Below are positions 39,940-53,097 of a DNA stretch of 64,000 bases, in pieces. A program made the position numbers and the translations under genes. Source of the stretch: Octopus vulgaris (lineage: Eukaryota). A model generated the notes under the pieces. The model was given only the letters and a program-made list of their open reading frames with translations. It ran no database searches and was not told the origin of the DNA. Every line of letters begins with the position of its first letter. Position 1 is the first letter of the stretch. Location: contig OX597818.1 in the NCBI GenBank assembly GCA_951406725.2, forward strand, positions 28,768,001 to 28,832,000, written 5' to 3'.

Positions 39940-40735
39940 TTTATATTCTGAGTTCTAATCCCACTGAAGTCAACTTGACTCATCCCCTCAATCCAAAAAT
40001 TGTCGCCCTTGTGCAAAATTTGATAGACATTATAACAACAACAACAACAATAATAATAATTATTATTATAATTATTATTAAGGTAGTGAGGTGACAAAAA
40101 TCATTAGTATGCTAGACAAAATGCTTCGCAGCATTTTCTTCATCTTTATGTTGTTTTAAAATTCTGTGAAGATTGTCTGCCTTTGATCCTTAGAGGGAGG
40201 AGAGAAGGCTTGATAAAATAAGTATTAGTTGAACACTGGGGTCGATATAATTGATTTATCCTCCCCACTAAATATTGCTGGCCTTATGTTTAAATTTGAG
40301 ACATTTAACCTTATTATTATAAGGGCATGAGCTGGCAGGATCATTGCTGTGTTGGACAAGAAGCTTTGTGGTATTTCTTCTGGCTCTACATTCTGAATTC
40401 AAATACCACTGAACTCAGCTTTGCCTTTCATCTTTTTGGGGTCAATAATATAAAATACTAATTTAGTAGTGGGATAATGTAATCAACTTGCCCTGCCCAC
40501 TAAAAGTACTAAAAGTTGAAACTATTATCATTAAGAGCAGGATTATAAGAACATGGAAAAAATGATCAGTGATACTTCTGTTCATACTTTATGTTCTGAG
40601 TTCAAATCTTGCCTGAATCAACTTTGCTTTTCATTGCTTTAAGTTTGATCAAGTACCAATTATAGGGGTGAATGTAATTTACTTTTTTTCCTCCCCTTAA
40701 AAATGCTGGCCTTGTGCCAAAATTTGAAAATTACT
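39940..40735 (+). repeat. tandem array of about four diverged SINE-like units (about 200-240 bp)
   Basis: ttctgagttc..., ctttgcctttcat, tgctggccttgtgccaaaatttgaaa and ttattatta spacers recur; same family as 31170-31550. Confidence 0.75.
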
Positions 40736-40750
40736 AATGTTCTTTTTTTT

Positions 40751-40751
<1 letters not shown>

Positions 40752-40792
<41 letters not shown>

Positions 40793-40905
40793 CAGCAGCA
40801 GTAGTAGTAATAGAGGTAGTGGAGGTACTGGTAGTAGTAGTATTGATGGTAGAAGTAGTAGTAGTAAGAAGAGGAGTAGCAGTGGTAGTAGTAATGGTGG
40901 TAGTT
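40752..40905. repeat. (TAG)n/(TGG)n microsatellite
   Basis: Imperfect trinucleotide run. Confidence 0.92.
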
Positions 40906-42300
40906 TCGGTTGCAGAAATGGTCATGGTAACAGATTAGAGTCACAAGAAGAGCATGTCCATAGCACTAAATTACTGTAATTATTTTAACCAATAGAATAT
41001 ATGATTTCCATACAATCATTTTGTTTTCTTTAAATTTTTTAATCTGATTCCTCTTTGAATACTGTCAATCAAAAACATCATCATAGACATGAATGATCAC
41101 AACTGCCATGCACCTATCAATGCTACAACCCCAACCAAAAACAGAAAACAGTATCCACACATACATAGATTTAGTTTTTGGATTATTCTTTAATGTATTA
41201 ACAATAAGAAAGCGGAATCTATAATTAAATATGTCATAGAAAAGAGGAAATAATTTATGTTTAATTCAAAATAATTATCTATATATATCATATATGATGA
41301 CACAGAGCACAAGTGTGATTAAGGCCCAGTGATGGCTGTGTGGCTGAGAAGATTGCTTCTCAACCACATGGTCTTGGGTTCAGTCTCATAGTGTGGCACA
41401 TAAGCTAGATAAATAAATACTTTGATAACGATGCTAGGTAAATGGTGGAAGTCATAGAAGGATGTGATTTCACAGCTGCAGTAAGGAGATCCATCTACAA
41501 AGTGGGAAACATGAACAAACCTAACATTTAATGAAAAGATTTCTAGACTAGACATGTAAGAGGCAAGAAATTTGCAAGCTGGAACAACAACAACTTTACT
41601 AGGAGAGCAGTAAAAAGTGTTACAATGTAGAAGAAACCAGAAAGGCCAGCTTTCTAGTGTCACTGACATGATAGTATACACTATGATATAAAGTAGTTAG
41701 TGATTTGAAAGGAATGAACTCCTTAAAAGCCATACCAAAATTATGTTAATCATAAATACTACGTAAAATCCTAACCATTACATATAAGAAAGTGTTAGAG
41801 CACTTAGCTCCAGTCACTCTTGAACTTTCTTAGCCAGATTTGTAGATAACTCATGTTGACTTCTCATGAAAAGGAAAACATATATCTTGTTCAACTGTAT
41901 AAAGAAATACAGACTTTGAAATGAAACATCCTGATAATACCAGCTCTCCCCACTCTCTCTTCTTTCTTTATATAAATATGTGTGTGTGTGTGTGTGTGTG
42001 TGTGTAGCTCCATCTATTTCTGATTTGAAGTCATAGGAAGAATGGTGTATTAATTCTTTCTTTCATGGGAAAGCTACCTGCAGGAACCTATCAATTTATG
42101 AATCAGCCCTACCAATCAGTGCCAAGGCTGCCTATGTATGGAATGAAATATGTAAAAACAAGTATATGTAGTAAAATAAGGAATAGATCCTCAAACATTA
42201 AGCATCTTCCTTATATTTCCACTAAGAAATATCTTGTATTTCAATAGTTAAGCTTTATAAAGAGAAATTGATTGAGTTTAGCTTTGGTCTTTACAAATAC

Positions 42301-42321
42301 CTTGACAAAGGCTTTTTAAGA
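42301..42321 (-). CDS. candidate 21-nt micro-exon
   Basis: tatttcaatatttcag|TCTTAAAAAGCCTTTGTCAAG|gtattt. Confidence 0.4.
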
Positions 42322-42544
42322 CTGAAATATTGAAATATAAGGCAAAAGCTGAAATCTTTTGAGTTTGCTTTTGTTTAAACTCTTTTATAACAAGCTAGAT
42401 CAGTGTTGGCTTTCTAAAATACTTTCAATTCAATTTCATAATGACACATATATACTATACCACTTGTATACAGACACATATACATGCATACATGCAAAGA
42501 TGAGCATATATGAGCAGAAAACTATGCATGTATATGTTAGTAGA

Positions 42545-43005
42545 AAGCTCTGAGATGATAGTAACATTGATCATCAAAGCAGTCTATCATTGACCAACAG
42601 CCGGGTTATGACCTTCCACTTTGAAGGGGATGCGTTTGCAATCCTGGAACAGGAAACATCAACGAATACCTGATGCACAAAATGGATAGAGATGCGGGAA
42701 AAGCAGTGAAATGTGACAAACCATGCAGACCTTGTGGAGTTGACACCAAAGACATCACCCACATCATAAGCAGTTGTCCGAAAATATTATCCCAATATTA
42801 TCTTCCGATAAGATATGATGTTGTAGCTAGGATATTCTCTAATATGTAACCTGTCAGAAGGATAACCCCAAGGACAAAGAAATAAAAACCCACTGTATGG
42901 AAGAAGTCAAAGTCACTCATAATAAAAAAAGAGTACTGGTGGAATGTTCCAGTGAAAATCTCAATAAAACGTAAGCACAACAAACCTAATATAATGATCT
43001 AGGTT
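42545..43005 (+). mobile_element. R4/Dong-like (RLE) LINE remnant
   Basis: EGDAFAILEQE, CRPCGVDTKDITHIISSCP (CCHC knuckle), YLPIRYDVVA, EYWWNVPV, HNKPNIMI. Confidence 0.8.
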
Positions 43006-43940
43006 AGAAATCAGCTCTATCTCTACTGGCAAGAAATCTTGAAATAAAACTGAATCATGACATATGTACATATGGAAAACAAATGCTAAATGATTATGAT
43101 GATGATGATGATGATAAAGAAACATCATCATCACCATCATTTAACATCTGTTTTCTATAGACATTTTGTGTGTGTGTGTGTGTGACCGAAAGTGTGTAAG
43201 GTGATAAATTATCCAGGTGGGTACTGTAATAGCTCCCAGGTATATTTCAGGATATGGCTAATTGAATAAAACAGTAATAAGCATCAATGCTCACTTAGTA
43301 TGAGCAATCTTGCTTTGATTCTTTTGATGGGTGACTCTTCATTCATTCTTCTGGATCAGGAATATTATTAGGAGTGTAAATTTCAAACAATTACAAGAAA
43401 TACAGAGACTGGTACATCATCAAATTTTTCTTTTAATCTTACAGTTGGTCATACATAATTAGTTGGTTAAAATGACCAACAGGTTTCTGCTCCACAGAGT
43501 ATGTACAAATGCACATGCAACCCAGCATAATCTGCTGTGCACCTTCATTCAGGGTCTTTCAACAAGTGTAGTTTGAAGCAAACTGAGTTTATTTATTTTT
43601 TCATGGCAAGTTTATTTCCTTATTCTTCCCTGTTTAAGATATAAAGGGAAGTGATGAGGGATATGTTGAAATCTGATATGGCTATAAAGTTTATCTTTAG
43701 GCTGACGTCTAATTAACATCAGTTCCAGGAGGAAATTGGGAGTTTTATATATATATATATTAAATTAGATCAAAGTATATCTTAGTATTTTGATAGGCTT
43801 TTTCTTTATGTTACAAGAGATTGAATAGAATTAATATTAAACTTTGTTATATTGATGGAGTTTGTCAATATATTGTTTATGAAATCCAGAAGGAAGGTAC
43901 ACTTTAAAGTGACTTTTATGTTATACATAAGTTATTGTAC

Positions 43941-43961
43941 CTGTATGTGTTAGAATCACTT
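43941..43961 (-). CDS. candidate 21-nt micro-exon
   Basis: cc(T)16catag|AAGTGATTCTAACACATACAG|gtacaa. Confidence 0.4.
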
Positions 43962-44129
43962 CTATGAAAAAAAAAAAAAAAAGGAAAATATTTTAAGCTA
44001 GTGATTAAAACGATATTTAGTTGAAAGTTGGCCAGATAAAGTTCCAACATATACTTCTACCATTCGGCACCTCCCTTTTGTGTATTGGATATCATTCTTA
44101 CTTCCATATAAGTGGAGCATCAACAAGCA

Positions 44130-44330
44130 TTAAGGTGAGACTGGCAAATCAATTAAATTCATTTGAGGATAGAAATAAGTTGAACAACACTAGCTTCAGT
44201 CCATTCATCTTGTTGCTTAAGGATAAAAATGCTAACTTTAGTATAGAATGAGAAAAAATTAGCATGGTTATACCTTATAAAACAAGGACAAAGAGTTGTG
44301 ATTTGTGCATAGAAAAATGTACCATATTTT
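44130..44330 (+). mobile_element. degenerate PLE GIY-YIG C-terminal fragment
   Basis: KVRLANQLNSF..TSFSPFI.LLKDKN.NFSIE*EKI...PYK...SCDLC parallels the 34630-34920 protein. Confidence 0.6.
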
Positions 44331-46775
44331 TACATTCAAACACTTATTGCTAAATAGTAGACAAGAACAGGCCTTGAGATGTTTACATCTGCATGGTAAA
44401 GCCTCTCATACAGGTATTGGGTAGAATGATAACACAGTCTTCTCACTTGCACACCACAGTGAATGCCTCTGATGCTTAGTTTTTCTGTCTGCACAATTCT
44501 GCATAAAGAAGTGCAGATCACTGAAAGTGGATGGTACCTGCAGAAAAGGGAGACCCAAGAAGTCATGAAATGAAGTAGTAAGGACCGATCTCAGGATGTT
44601 AGTGAAACTAAGTCCTAGAAGTGTTGTGTCACACCAAAGTTAACAAGAAAACTTCTCTCACACCTTACCATAACAAACTAAACCACATTTCTACATCTCT
44701 TCTCTTCCTTGCATTTCCACTTCATACACTATGCTTACCTTCCACTTCCCAATCCTGTCCTCTTGGCCACTTAAAAAGAATCCAGTCTACACTGAAAAAT
44801 GGTTAGTATTTGTAAGGGCATCCAAACCTTGCTAAAACTGACCTTGTCTGTGCTTGTGCCATGTAAAAATCACTAAGCCCACTCTGGTGAGTAGTTGGTG
44901 TTAGGAAGGGCATCCAGCTGTAAAAATCCTGCCCAAACAGTAACAGAAGTCTGGTGCAGGATTCTGCCTGGCCAGCTCCTATCAAACTGTCCTACCCTTG
45001 CCAGCATGGAAAGTGGATGTTAAACGACAATGACGATGATGATGTTATGCATGTTGTCTATACAACTGGAATATACCTGATGCATTTCTTTCCGGAGATT
45101 TAGCATCCACAGAGAGAACCTCTCTGTTGTCAACAAAGGCAGTTGCTCCCTGGACTTTTATAACCTATCCTTACTCCACCTATTATGCTTTCACAACACT
45201 CATTTCTAATGCTGATTAAGACTGTTAAGTTATGGAAGATACCAACTATTATCAAACTCGAGAAATTTCCTTTATTTCTTGGGAGTGCTTTTATTGCTAC
45301 TCTTATGAATGAAATCCCTTTCTCTATAAGCCTGTCTTGTACCTTTTGTGTACTTATTGTTTACATTGGTTATATAGTATAGAGTGTTTACTGGCTCCCT
45401 TTCTACATAATGAGTGTGGCTACATCCAGTTTGGAGTAGTGTTTTGTTTTATTTTCTGCAAGCTAAAAATTTCATTTTTGCCAAATTAACCTTTAGGCCC
45501 TTTCATTCTAGGCTCTGCTTTTATGTTAGGAACTTTTCTCCAAAACCTTTACCTGAACTGATTATGAGTACCTATGGCTGCATTTATGTAGAACGAATTG
45601 TTCTTGATGGCTGACCACTTAATATCTTACTTTTTTGCAACATGGTCTCTTCATAATTTGTCTGTCTAACTAAATTCATCTTTTCCTCATACTTAAAGGT
45701 GAAGTTTGTTTAAAGAAATGGCTAAACAATACCGTAGTATCTAAAAACAAGGAATACCTAACTTAGTTACTCGTTGTCAATTATTGTAGCATTGCCACTA
45801 TTTATAATGATACTTGTTTACACTATAACTATGTAGTAACAATAAATATATAATGAAGCAGGGTAACAACCTAACAATACAACAAGTGCTCCACAAACTA
45901 TAAATGAACCAACAAATGATATTCCGACAAACTCTCCAAATGGTACCTTATGACTTTCTGCAATTAACGCGTATTCTCTCTCATTCTGACCACTATTATT
46001 TATAGTCGTTCGGTCAAGTCTATTCTCACAGGGGGTGTCATGACTCTCGCCACAACACAGGGAAAGGATGAAAAGATCATAACTAGAATGCCTTTGGTAA
46101 AATGTCTGTTCAATCAAGGCTAACTTATTAAGATATAATGTTTTTCAGCTTTTTCATAACCTTTAACTCGAGATGATTGACTTAACCAATGAACAGATTG
46201 TTTCCTTTCAGCTTATATTCAGTTTCTTGGATGCTGCTCTTGAATTTCATTTCTAAAATATAGTTGGCATTTCTTATGCATCACAAACTTTGAAAAGTAT
46301 TCTATAGAATATATTTTAAAGTAGCTGGTTGGTTGATAAAAGCTTTCTGATTAATATAACGAAATTTATAGATAGATTTGATGTTACATTTTCACTAAGC
46401 AGTTGGTTCAACCAGATAATATTTCATTGTCTACACTGCTTCTAGTGCTGGTATTTTTAAGGCATTGCATAATAATTTGTCAGTTTTAATAGAACAAACA
46501 TCATACTAATATCGATTAGTGCTCTTGTTGATATAGTTTCTCATTCAGCTTTTTATACAATTCTATTTTCTTGTATGATACTGCCATTTAGATCTATGCC
46601 AAGGTTAGTTGTTTCTCTAAATTTTAGGCAAAGTTTCCTAGAATGTTAATCAAGTTCCCATATATTTATCATATTTAGGGTCTTAGAATAGAACAATTTG
46701 CTACTCATTCGAAAATAAGTATGGAAGAAGCAGTTAGGTAAGCCAAAATGCAAATTTCTTAAAAACAAAACTTAC

Positions 46776-46792
46776 CTTTTGCTGATGAAGTC
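46776..46792 (-). CDS. candidate 17-nt micro-exon
   Basis: attttatgaatttaatag|GACTTCATCAGCAAAAG|gtaagt (consensus donor). Confidence 0.45.
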
Positions 46793-47049
46793 CTATTAAA
46801 TTCATAAAATAATTATAAAATAAAATATTTACAATATTTTCAATCTTATTATTATTATTATTATTATTATTATTCTTATCATCATTATTATTATTATTGT
46901 ATAATTGTTCAATATTTGTTAGATTGAGACAAATTTCTACTGCATCACCTGCTACACTGCTGTGTTGCTGGGGGTTGCAGCATTGTATGTTCTTTTCTGC
47001 TGTTGGGAGTGTGCATCTTCCCAGTACTGTACTGTATTAACTTTTTTTC

Positions 47050-47390
47050 CCTTGAGATGTGGTTCTGTCTTCTGTTGCTTATATTATGTGTTGAGTGTGT
47101 AGTGCTTTGGTTGTTTTAGCTTGCTGGTGGAAGTATATTTCACTGGGTAAATGATGTATAGAGTGTGTCTTGTATTTGTAGGTTGTTTTGTTTAGGTTGT
47201 ATTATTGGATTGATAGTGTCTTGCATAGAATGTGGGCTGTTCCTAGTAGGGCTATTTTTTAAAAAGTGTGTAGTGTTGAGGATCCAGGTATAGCTTCTAC
47301 ACTTTTGTTCATATGTTTTTTATCATGCCCAATGCTCCAGTTATTATTGGTATTATTTTTACCTTCATGCCCCACACTTTGAATACTTCA
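47050..47390 (-). mobile_element. R4/Dong-like LINE 3' end
   Basis: KVWGMKVKIIPIITGALGMIK...KIALLGTAHILCKTLS. Confidence 0.8.
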
Positions 47391-47474
47391 TTATCACTAT
47401 TATCATTATTCATATACACACAACACATTAGACTGTTGGAAAAGAAAAAATTCTAACATTGGGCTACAACACGT

Positions 47475-47812
47475 AACCTTAGATGCCAAGAACCCTTCTA
47501 AGTATCCTAACTGTCCCTAATAATACTGTTTTCTGCAACTGTACTAAACTGGGTTTTATACCTATTTCCTCTATTCATCTTTTCAAATACTTAGAGATAT
47601 TTCCTAATGCACCTATAAGTACTGGAAGACATTTTACCAGCACTTTCCATAGTCTCTGTAATTCAATGGCTAGGTTCTAATACTTTGCTGTTTTTTCTAT
47701 ACCTCTCATATTGATTTTTTCATCATTTGGAACTGTAAAGTCAATTATCTAGCACTTTCTATTCTCTTTATATACTACTACTAAATCAGGCCTTCTAACT
47801 TGCAAAATACGA
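47475..47812 (-). mobile_element. R4/Dong-like LINE RLE endonuclease fragment
   Basis: RRPDLVVV..KC*IIDFTVPND...EKTAKY*NLAIELQRLWK..LPVLIGALG...LQKTVLLGTVRILRRVL (PD..D..K motif). Confidence 0.85.
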
Positions 47813-47859
47813 TTATTTGCACCTCTGAGGATTGTGAATGAAATTGTCTTTTTCTTAAT

Positions 47860-48822
47860 GTCAGACACCAATGACCAGATGTCCAATCTTCAACCACAAC
47901 TGAGATGGTAATGATGATGATGATGATGATAATGATATACATATACAACTAATCCACCATTGTTGACAATGACCAAGGGTATCTTGTGAGACTAGAAGAT
48001 GGATTGCAGTGTTTGGCTGTGGCCATTCAGTCTGATACATACTCAAAAGGCTTTTCCACAAATCGGGCACTGGTAGTCTGCTGGGGCTGAAAGTAAAGAG
48101 TTGGCTCTGCATTGTATGCATTTTCACCATGCCCTCACAATCCTGTTCTGTTTGTAGGAGGTGGTACTTCTGTTGGTGTAGTCAGGCAGGGCAGTCTTGA
48201 GCTTGCATTTCCCAGGTATCAGTGTTGATCTGAAAGCTCTTCAGTGAGGCTTAGAGTGTATCCTTGAAGCACTTTTTCTGTTCACTTTGCATGCACTTGC
48301 CTTCCGTCAGTTCACTGTAAACCAATATCTGAGGGAGTTGCATGTCAGGCATTTGAACAAGATGGGTCTCAACTTCTGACTTGTCTTACTAGGTGATTTC
48401 CAACAACTTTCTAGGGCAGTGATATCAAAGCAATTTAGCTTTTCGGTGTGACAAGGCAGTAAAGCTGCTTCATACACCTTTACCTTGGTGACCAGCCTAA
48501 TACCTCTCCTCACCTACAGTGATTCGGCTGCCTGGAGAAATTCACCAGTATGGTGTGTCAGTTTCACAACAGCATGCTTGCTCAAGTACTGGATCAAGGA
48601 GATTCTTCCTCTGACACATTCCCAGTCACTCATGAAGTCAAGAAGGGCTGTGTACTTGCACCTATGCTATTCAGCAAGACGTACTCAGCCATGCTGTTGG
48701 ATGCTTCTGCAATGATGATAAAACCAGCATCAAGATCATATTCACTACCGATGGCAGACTCTTTAATCTGGGGAGGCTACAGGCCAAAACCAATATGGAA
48801 GAAGACTCAGTGTATGACCTTT
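47860..48822. mobile_element. RTE (BovB-like) LINE fragment with inverted 5' part
   Basis: Minus 48515-48130: RRGIRLVTKVKVY and C-terminal remnants; plus 48518-48822: GCLEKFTSMVCQFH..FPVTHEVKKGCVLAPMLFS. Confidence 0.75.
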
Positions 48823-49410
48823 AGGTGTTTTAGCAACCAGTGCTATGAGGGAGTCATCCCCAAGTGCTATGCTGCAGTGACTCTGGCAAACAAACAAAAC
48901 ACAAACATGGAATATGTGCAACCAATAATGTTTACAACATTAGAGTTGCTTTTAATTCATTACTGAATATATATATATATATACACTCAACAAAATATTT
49001 TCCTTACAAAAAGGAAGGCCATTAGCTAGATTAATTAGATATTCTCCCAGTCTTTTGGAATGTTAGTTATAATATAATCATTTAATCTATAATATATAAA
49101 TCTATAGTATATACAGTTGCATTAAGTAAATAATCAAACAATCTATACTTTTAAACTTCATTTCCTCACAATTTCAATAGTATTTTACTTGCATAAAGAT
49201 TCACTTGCAAAACTTTACACATATAAGGTTTTGATTTACTGTCACCTTAACAAAGATTCTATTATACTAATTGGAAAAGGCAGATAGAAGAGCCAACTAA
49301 CATGTGAACTATATATGATTTTGTATTACCTTCCTACAACTTGAGTTCAACTGATAGAAATTTTCTATCTACTTTCAAATAAACAACAAATAAGAATGTT
49401 ATATACTTAC

Positions 49411-49429
49411 TCTTTATTGCGTTTAACAC
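49411..49429 (-). CDS. candidate 19-nt micro-exon
   Basis: ctttttacttttttttag|GTGTTAAACGCAATAAAGA|gtaagt. Confidence 0.5.
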
Positions 49430-50894
49430 CTAAAAAAAAGTAAAAAGTGATGCATATAGGAATGTTATTCAATATTAAACATTTCTTGTGAGAGTAGTAC
49501 AAGTAATTTTCTATATCAAATAAGACTACCATTAGTTACAGCAGTAAATTTTGAAACAATTTTATCTCAGATTTTCCATGTTGTTAAGATTGTAAGATTT
49601 ACAAACACCTCTTCCACTCTTCCTTCACACCCTCATAAAATAGTCCTTCCTTCCATCTCCCACTCTCCTGCTACCATCTCATGAACTTACTCAGCCACTT
49701 GCCTGATCCAATCTTTGGTTCCTGTCACTCCATGTATCTTGAGTGTCACCTTCCATTGCATCTTCAACATCTCTCTTCCCCTCTCACTCCAACTCAGTTA
49801 CCCAATGTATCTCCTCTACTGCAAGACACTAATTTCTGTACCTCCATCCATACTCTAACCTCTCATCACCTGGCACAAAGCCACCTCTCTCAATTCTATT
49901 CCCTACTCAGTTGAGAGTGTCTTGTCTTTCTAGTTACTTGGTGACTTCACTGCTGCTAGTGCCAGTTAAAAGGCACTCAGTACACTCTGTAAAGTGGTTG
50001 GCATTTTGAAGGGCATCCAACCATAGAAAACATGTCAAAGCAGGCAATGGAGCTTGGTACATATATCTATATTCTCTCTGTCCCCCAACTGTCTTACCCG
50101 AGTGTGTATGTGTGTGTGTGTTAATGTGATGTCTATGTGTATAGATACGTGCAAGTATAGTAGTGTATGCGTGTAATTTTTAGGTAGGTTGTGTAAAAGC
50201 ATGTATGTGAGGAGATGAGAGTGTGTATGAGCATATGGAAAAATTGATGAAACAGATTGGACAATAAGTACAAGGTGGAAGATATTATTGATGTGTGAGC
50301 AAGTTTTCACCAAAAGGATATAGAGGTTGGAGAATGCATTCAAAGGAAAGCAGATGTGAAACAATGAGAGACAGTTTAAACTAAAATTTTAAAATGTGGT
50401 AGAAATATTTAAATTCAGTGTTGATAAAAACAAAGATAATGGTAAAAAGTCCAGAGAAATTGAAGGTAAAAAGTTTCCAGGAAAATCATCCAATTCAAGA
50501 AGATGAAACAATATACATTAAGATGATGAAAAGCCAGATGCTAATGCACAAAAGAAATAAAATGGCAAACAGAGGTGAGAAGAGAAATAACAGAATGGAA
50601 TTTATAAAGAGAAGATTTGATGCAAGGGAAAAGAAGGAGCAGGAAAAGCAGCATCTGAGGGTGTGGCTATTGACAAACTGAAGATTGTGTAGTAGTCAAG
50701 CAGAAATGGCAAGTGGAAGTGGGAGGAGAAAGGAGTAGGAGAGAGAAGGGAACATAAGGTTTAGGTGTGTAATTCTGGAACAAGAAGGAAGAAAGGCAAT
50801 GTAAGTTAGGGTGAGGTGATGAATTTAGACCAAAGTTTTGAAAAGAATGTATTCCTGTTACTTCTGGAAGAGAGGATATATATAGTAACAAAGG

Positions 50895-51580
50895 ACCTCT
50901 ACCTCAGTGTAAAAAGCAGATTGTATGATGCCTATGTGTGAACAGCCATGTTACATGGCAGTGAAACATGGGCTGTGACTGCAGAGGACATGTGGAGACT
51001 TGAAAGAAATGAAGCTGGTATGCTCCACTGGTTGTGCATGTCAATGTGCACATAGAACAAAGTGCGTCTTAGAGAAAAATTGGGCATAAGAGGCATCAGA
51101 TACAGTGTGCTAGAGAGAGGACTGCTGTATGGTCAAATGATGCATATGGATGGGAACAGCTGCATAAAAAGGTGCCGATCTCTTATTGTGGAAGGAAACT
51201 GTGGAAGAGGTCGACCCAGGAAGATGTGGGTTGAGGTGGTGAAATGTGATCTTTGGATGTTGAGTCTCATGGAGGCAGTGACAAGTGACCAGGACTTCTG
51301 GCAAATTGCTGTGCTTGGGAAGAGGCATCAAGCTAAGTGGAACTCTGATTCTGGCCTAGTGCTGGTGATGTGTGAATGGCACTTGTACCAGTGACATGTA
51401 AGATGGACCTGTGCTAGTGACACATAAAAGGCATCGAGTACACTCACTAGAGCAGTTGGTGCTAGGAAGGGTATCCAGCCATAAAAACCAAACCAAAATG
51501 TACTGGAGCTTAATGTAGCTCTCCAGCTTACAATTTGCAGTTAAATTGTCAAACTCATGCCAGCATGGAAAATGGATTAT
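50895..51580 (+). mobile_element. RTE LINE 3' fragment with tail
   Basis: LYDAYV*TAMLHGSETWAVT...REKLGIRGIR...GRGRPRKMW. Confidence 0.88.
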
Positions 51581-51744
51581 AAGAAATAAGAGCTAAAATG
51601 TTCCTAATGCTATAAGAAAAGCACATAAATGTATACATATATGCTCTCAGAGGCTCAGGAATTCTCCATTGTTTTGGGTGATTGCAGCCCTTGTGAGCAT
51701 ATATATATACATATATATGCTTTTCCTACAGTATTAGGAGCTCA

Positions 51745-52700
51745 AAGACCCAGCAAACAGACAAAAATTTAGAGATTTACTAATGAAAGCTTCTGAAGAA
51801 AGAGAGGAAGAGTTGGGGACACATAGCTTAGAGGACAATTGGAAGTTCCTGTGAGACAATCTACTGAGGGCTACAGATGAAATCTGTGGTTGGTGCAGAG
51901 TCCCAGCTAGATCAAGGATGACATGGTAGTGGAGTAAGGAAGTTGACAGTGCTATAAAATCAGAAAGACAGGCCTGGAAAAACTGGAAAACCAGAGGAAG
52001 CAGAGAATTATATCAGGTAGCTAAAAGGGCAGCTAGGCGTCAGGTATGCATAGCAAAGGAGTAGCTGAAGGTAAGAGATTAGCAAATGTTCTACAGTATG
52101 AGATGTTCAGGATTGCAAAGCAGTGTATCAGAGAGAATAGAGATTTGGTGCATGAGAAATGTGTGCAAATGGATAATGGTATGCTTGCACTTAGCAAATC
52201 ATAGAAGTAAGATGTATAGCAGTGTCACAATGAAATGTTATTAAATGTGGAATATGAATGGGAGGAGAGTTTACCAAATATCGAACCAATTGAGGAACTA
52301 GCCATCAGAGTTGATAGAAGTAAAATAGATAAGGCAATTAAGGACATGAAAGCCCCTAAGCCATCAAGAGTCATTACCGAGATGATTAAAATTTCCGGTG
52401 GTGTAGGATACAGCTTAGTCACCTGCATAGTTAATCAGGTTATTCAGGAAAGCACCATCCTCAATGACAAGTGTAGTAGTATAATAGTTAGCTGCTACAA
52501 GGGTAAAAGTGATGCCTTAGATAGAAACAATTACAGAAGTATTAAATTGCTAGACCAAGTCATGAATGTTAGAGAGAGTTATGGCTCAATTGATCAGAAA
52601 TAGAATGAAACTAGATGAGATGCAGTTTGGTTTTGTAACTGGAAAGAGTTCCACAGATGCTATCTTCCTAGTGAGACAGCCACAAGAAAAGTATTTGGCA
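51745..52700 (+). mobile_element. older RTE LINE internal fragment
   Basis: EWEESLPNIEPIE, DKAIKDMK, YKGKSDALDRNNYR, MQFGFV; many stops. Confidence 0.88.
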
Positions 52701-53097
52701 AAATTCCTCATCTTTTAAAATGTGGCCCATGTAGACCCGAATGAAATCGGGTTATAATACCGAAACAAGTAAGACAATAATAAAAGCACCCACTACATTC
52801 TCAGAATGGTTGGCGTTAGGAAGGGCATCCAGCTGTAGAAACTCTGCCAGATCAGATTGGACCCTGTGCAGCCATCTGGTTCGCCAGACCTCAGTCAAAT
52901 CATCCAACCCATGTTAGCATGGAAAGCAGACATTAAACGATGATGATGATGTTGATATATATGTGTATATGTATAAAGTGTATATATTTATGTATATGTG
53001 TGTGTATATATATGTGTGTGTAGACATGTATATATAATGTGTATGTATGTACATATTTAATGCATATGTATATATATATATATATATATTTATATAT

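Noticed and set aside
42113-42131. 19-nt candidate micro-exon (catag|GCAGCC...GATTG|gtaggg)
   Set aside because: Shifts the frame and leads to a stop when added to the chain; cannot be supported without transcripts.
44336-44566. ORF with an apparent acceptor (ctgcag) as a host exon
   Set aside because: EKLSIRGIHCGVQVRRL is a degraded RTE C-terminal fragment.
45190-46720. Possibly coding-derived unique stretch
   Set aside because: No motif or sustained frame recognisable by eye; needs TBLASTX or an HMM search.
49246-49350. Two further 21-nt AG..GT segments (49246-49266, 49330-49350, minus)
   Set aside because: Weaker splice sites, about 60-nt introns, and stops in the frame of the main chain; kept out but worth checking in RNA-seq.
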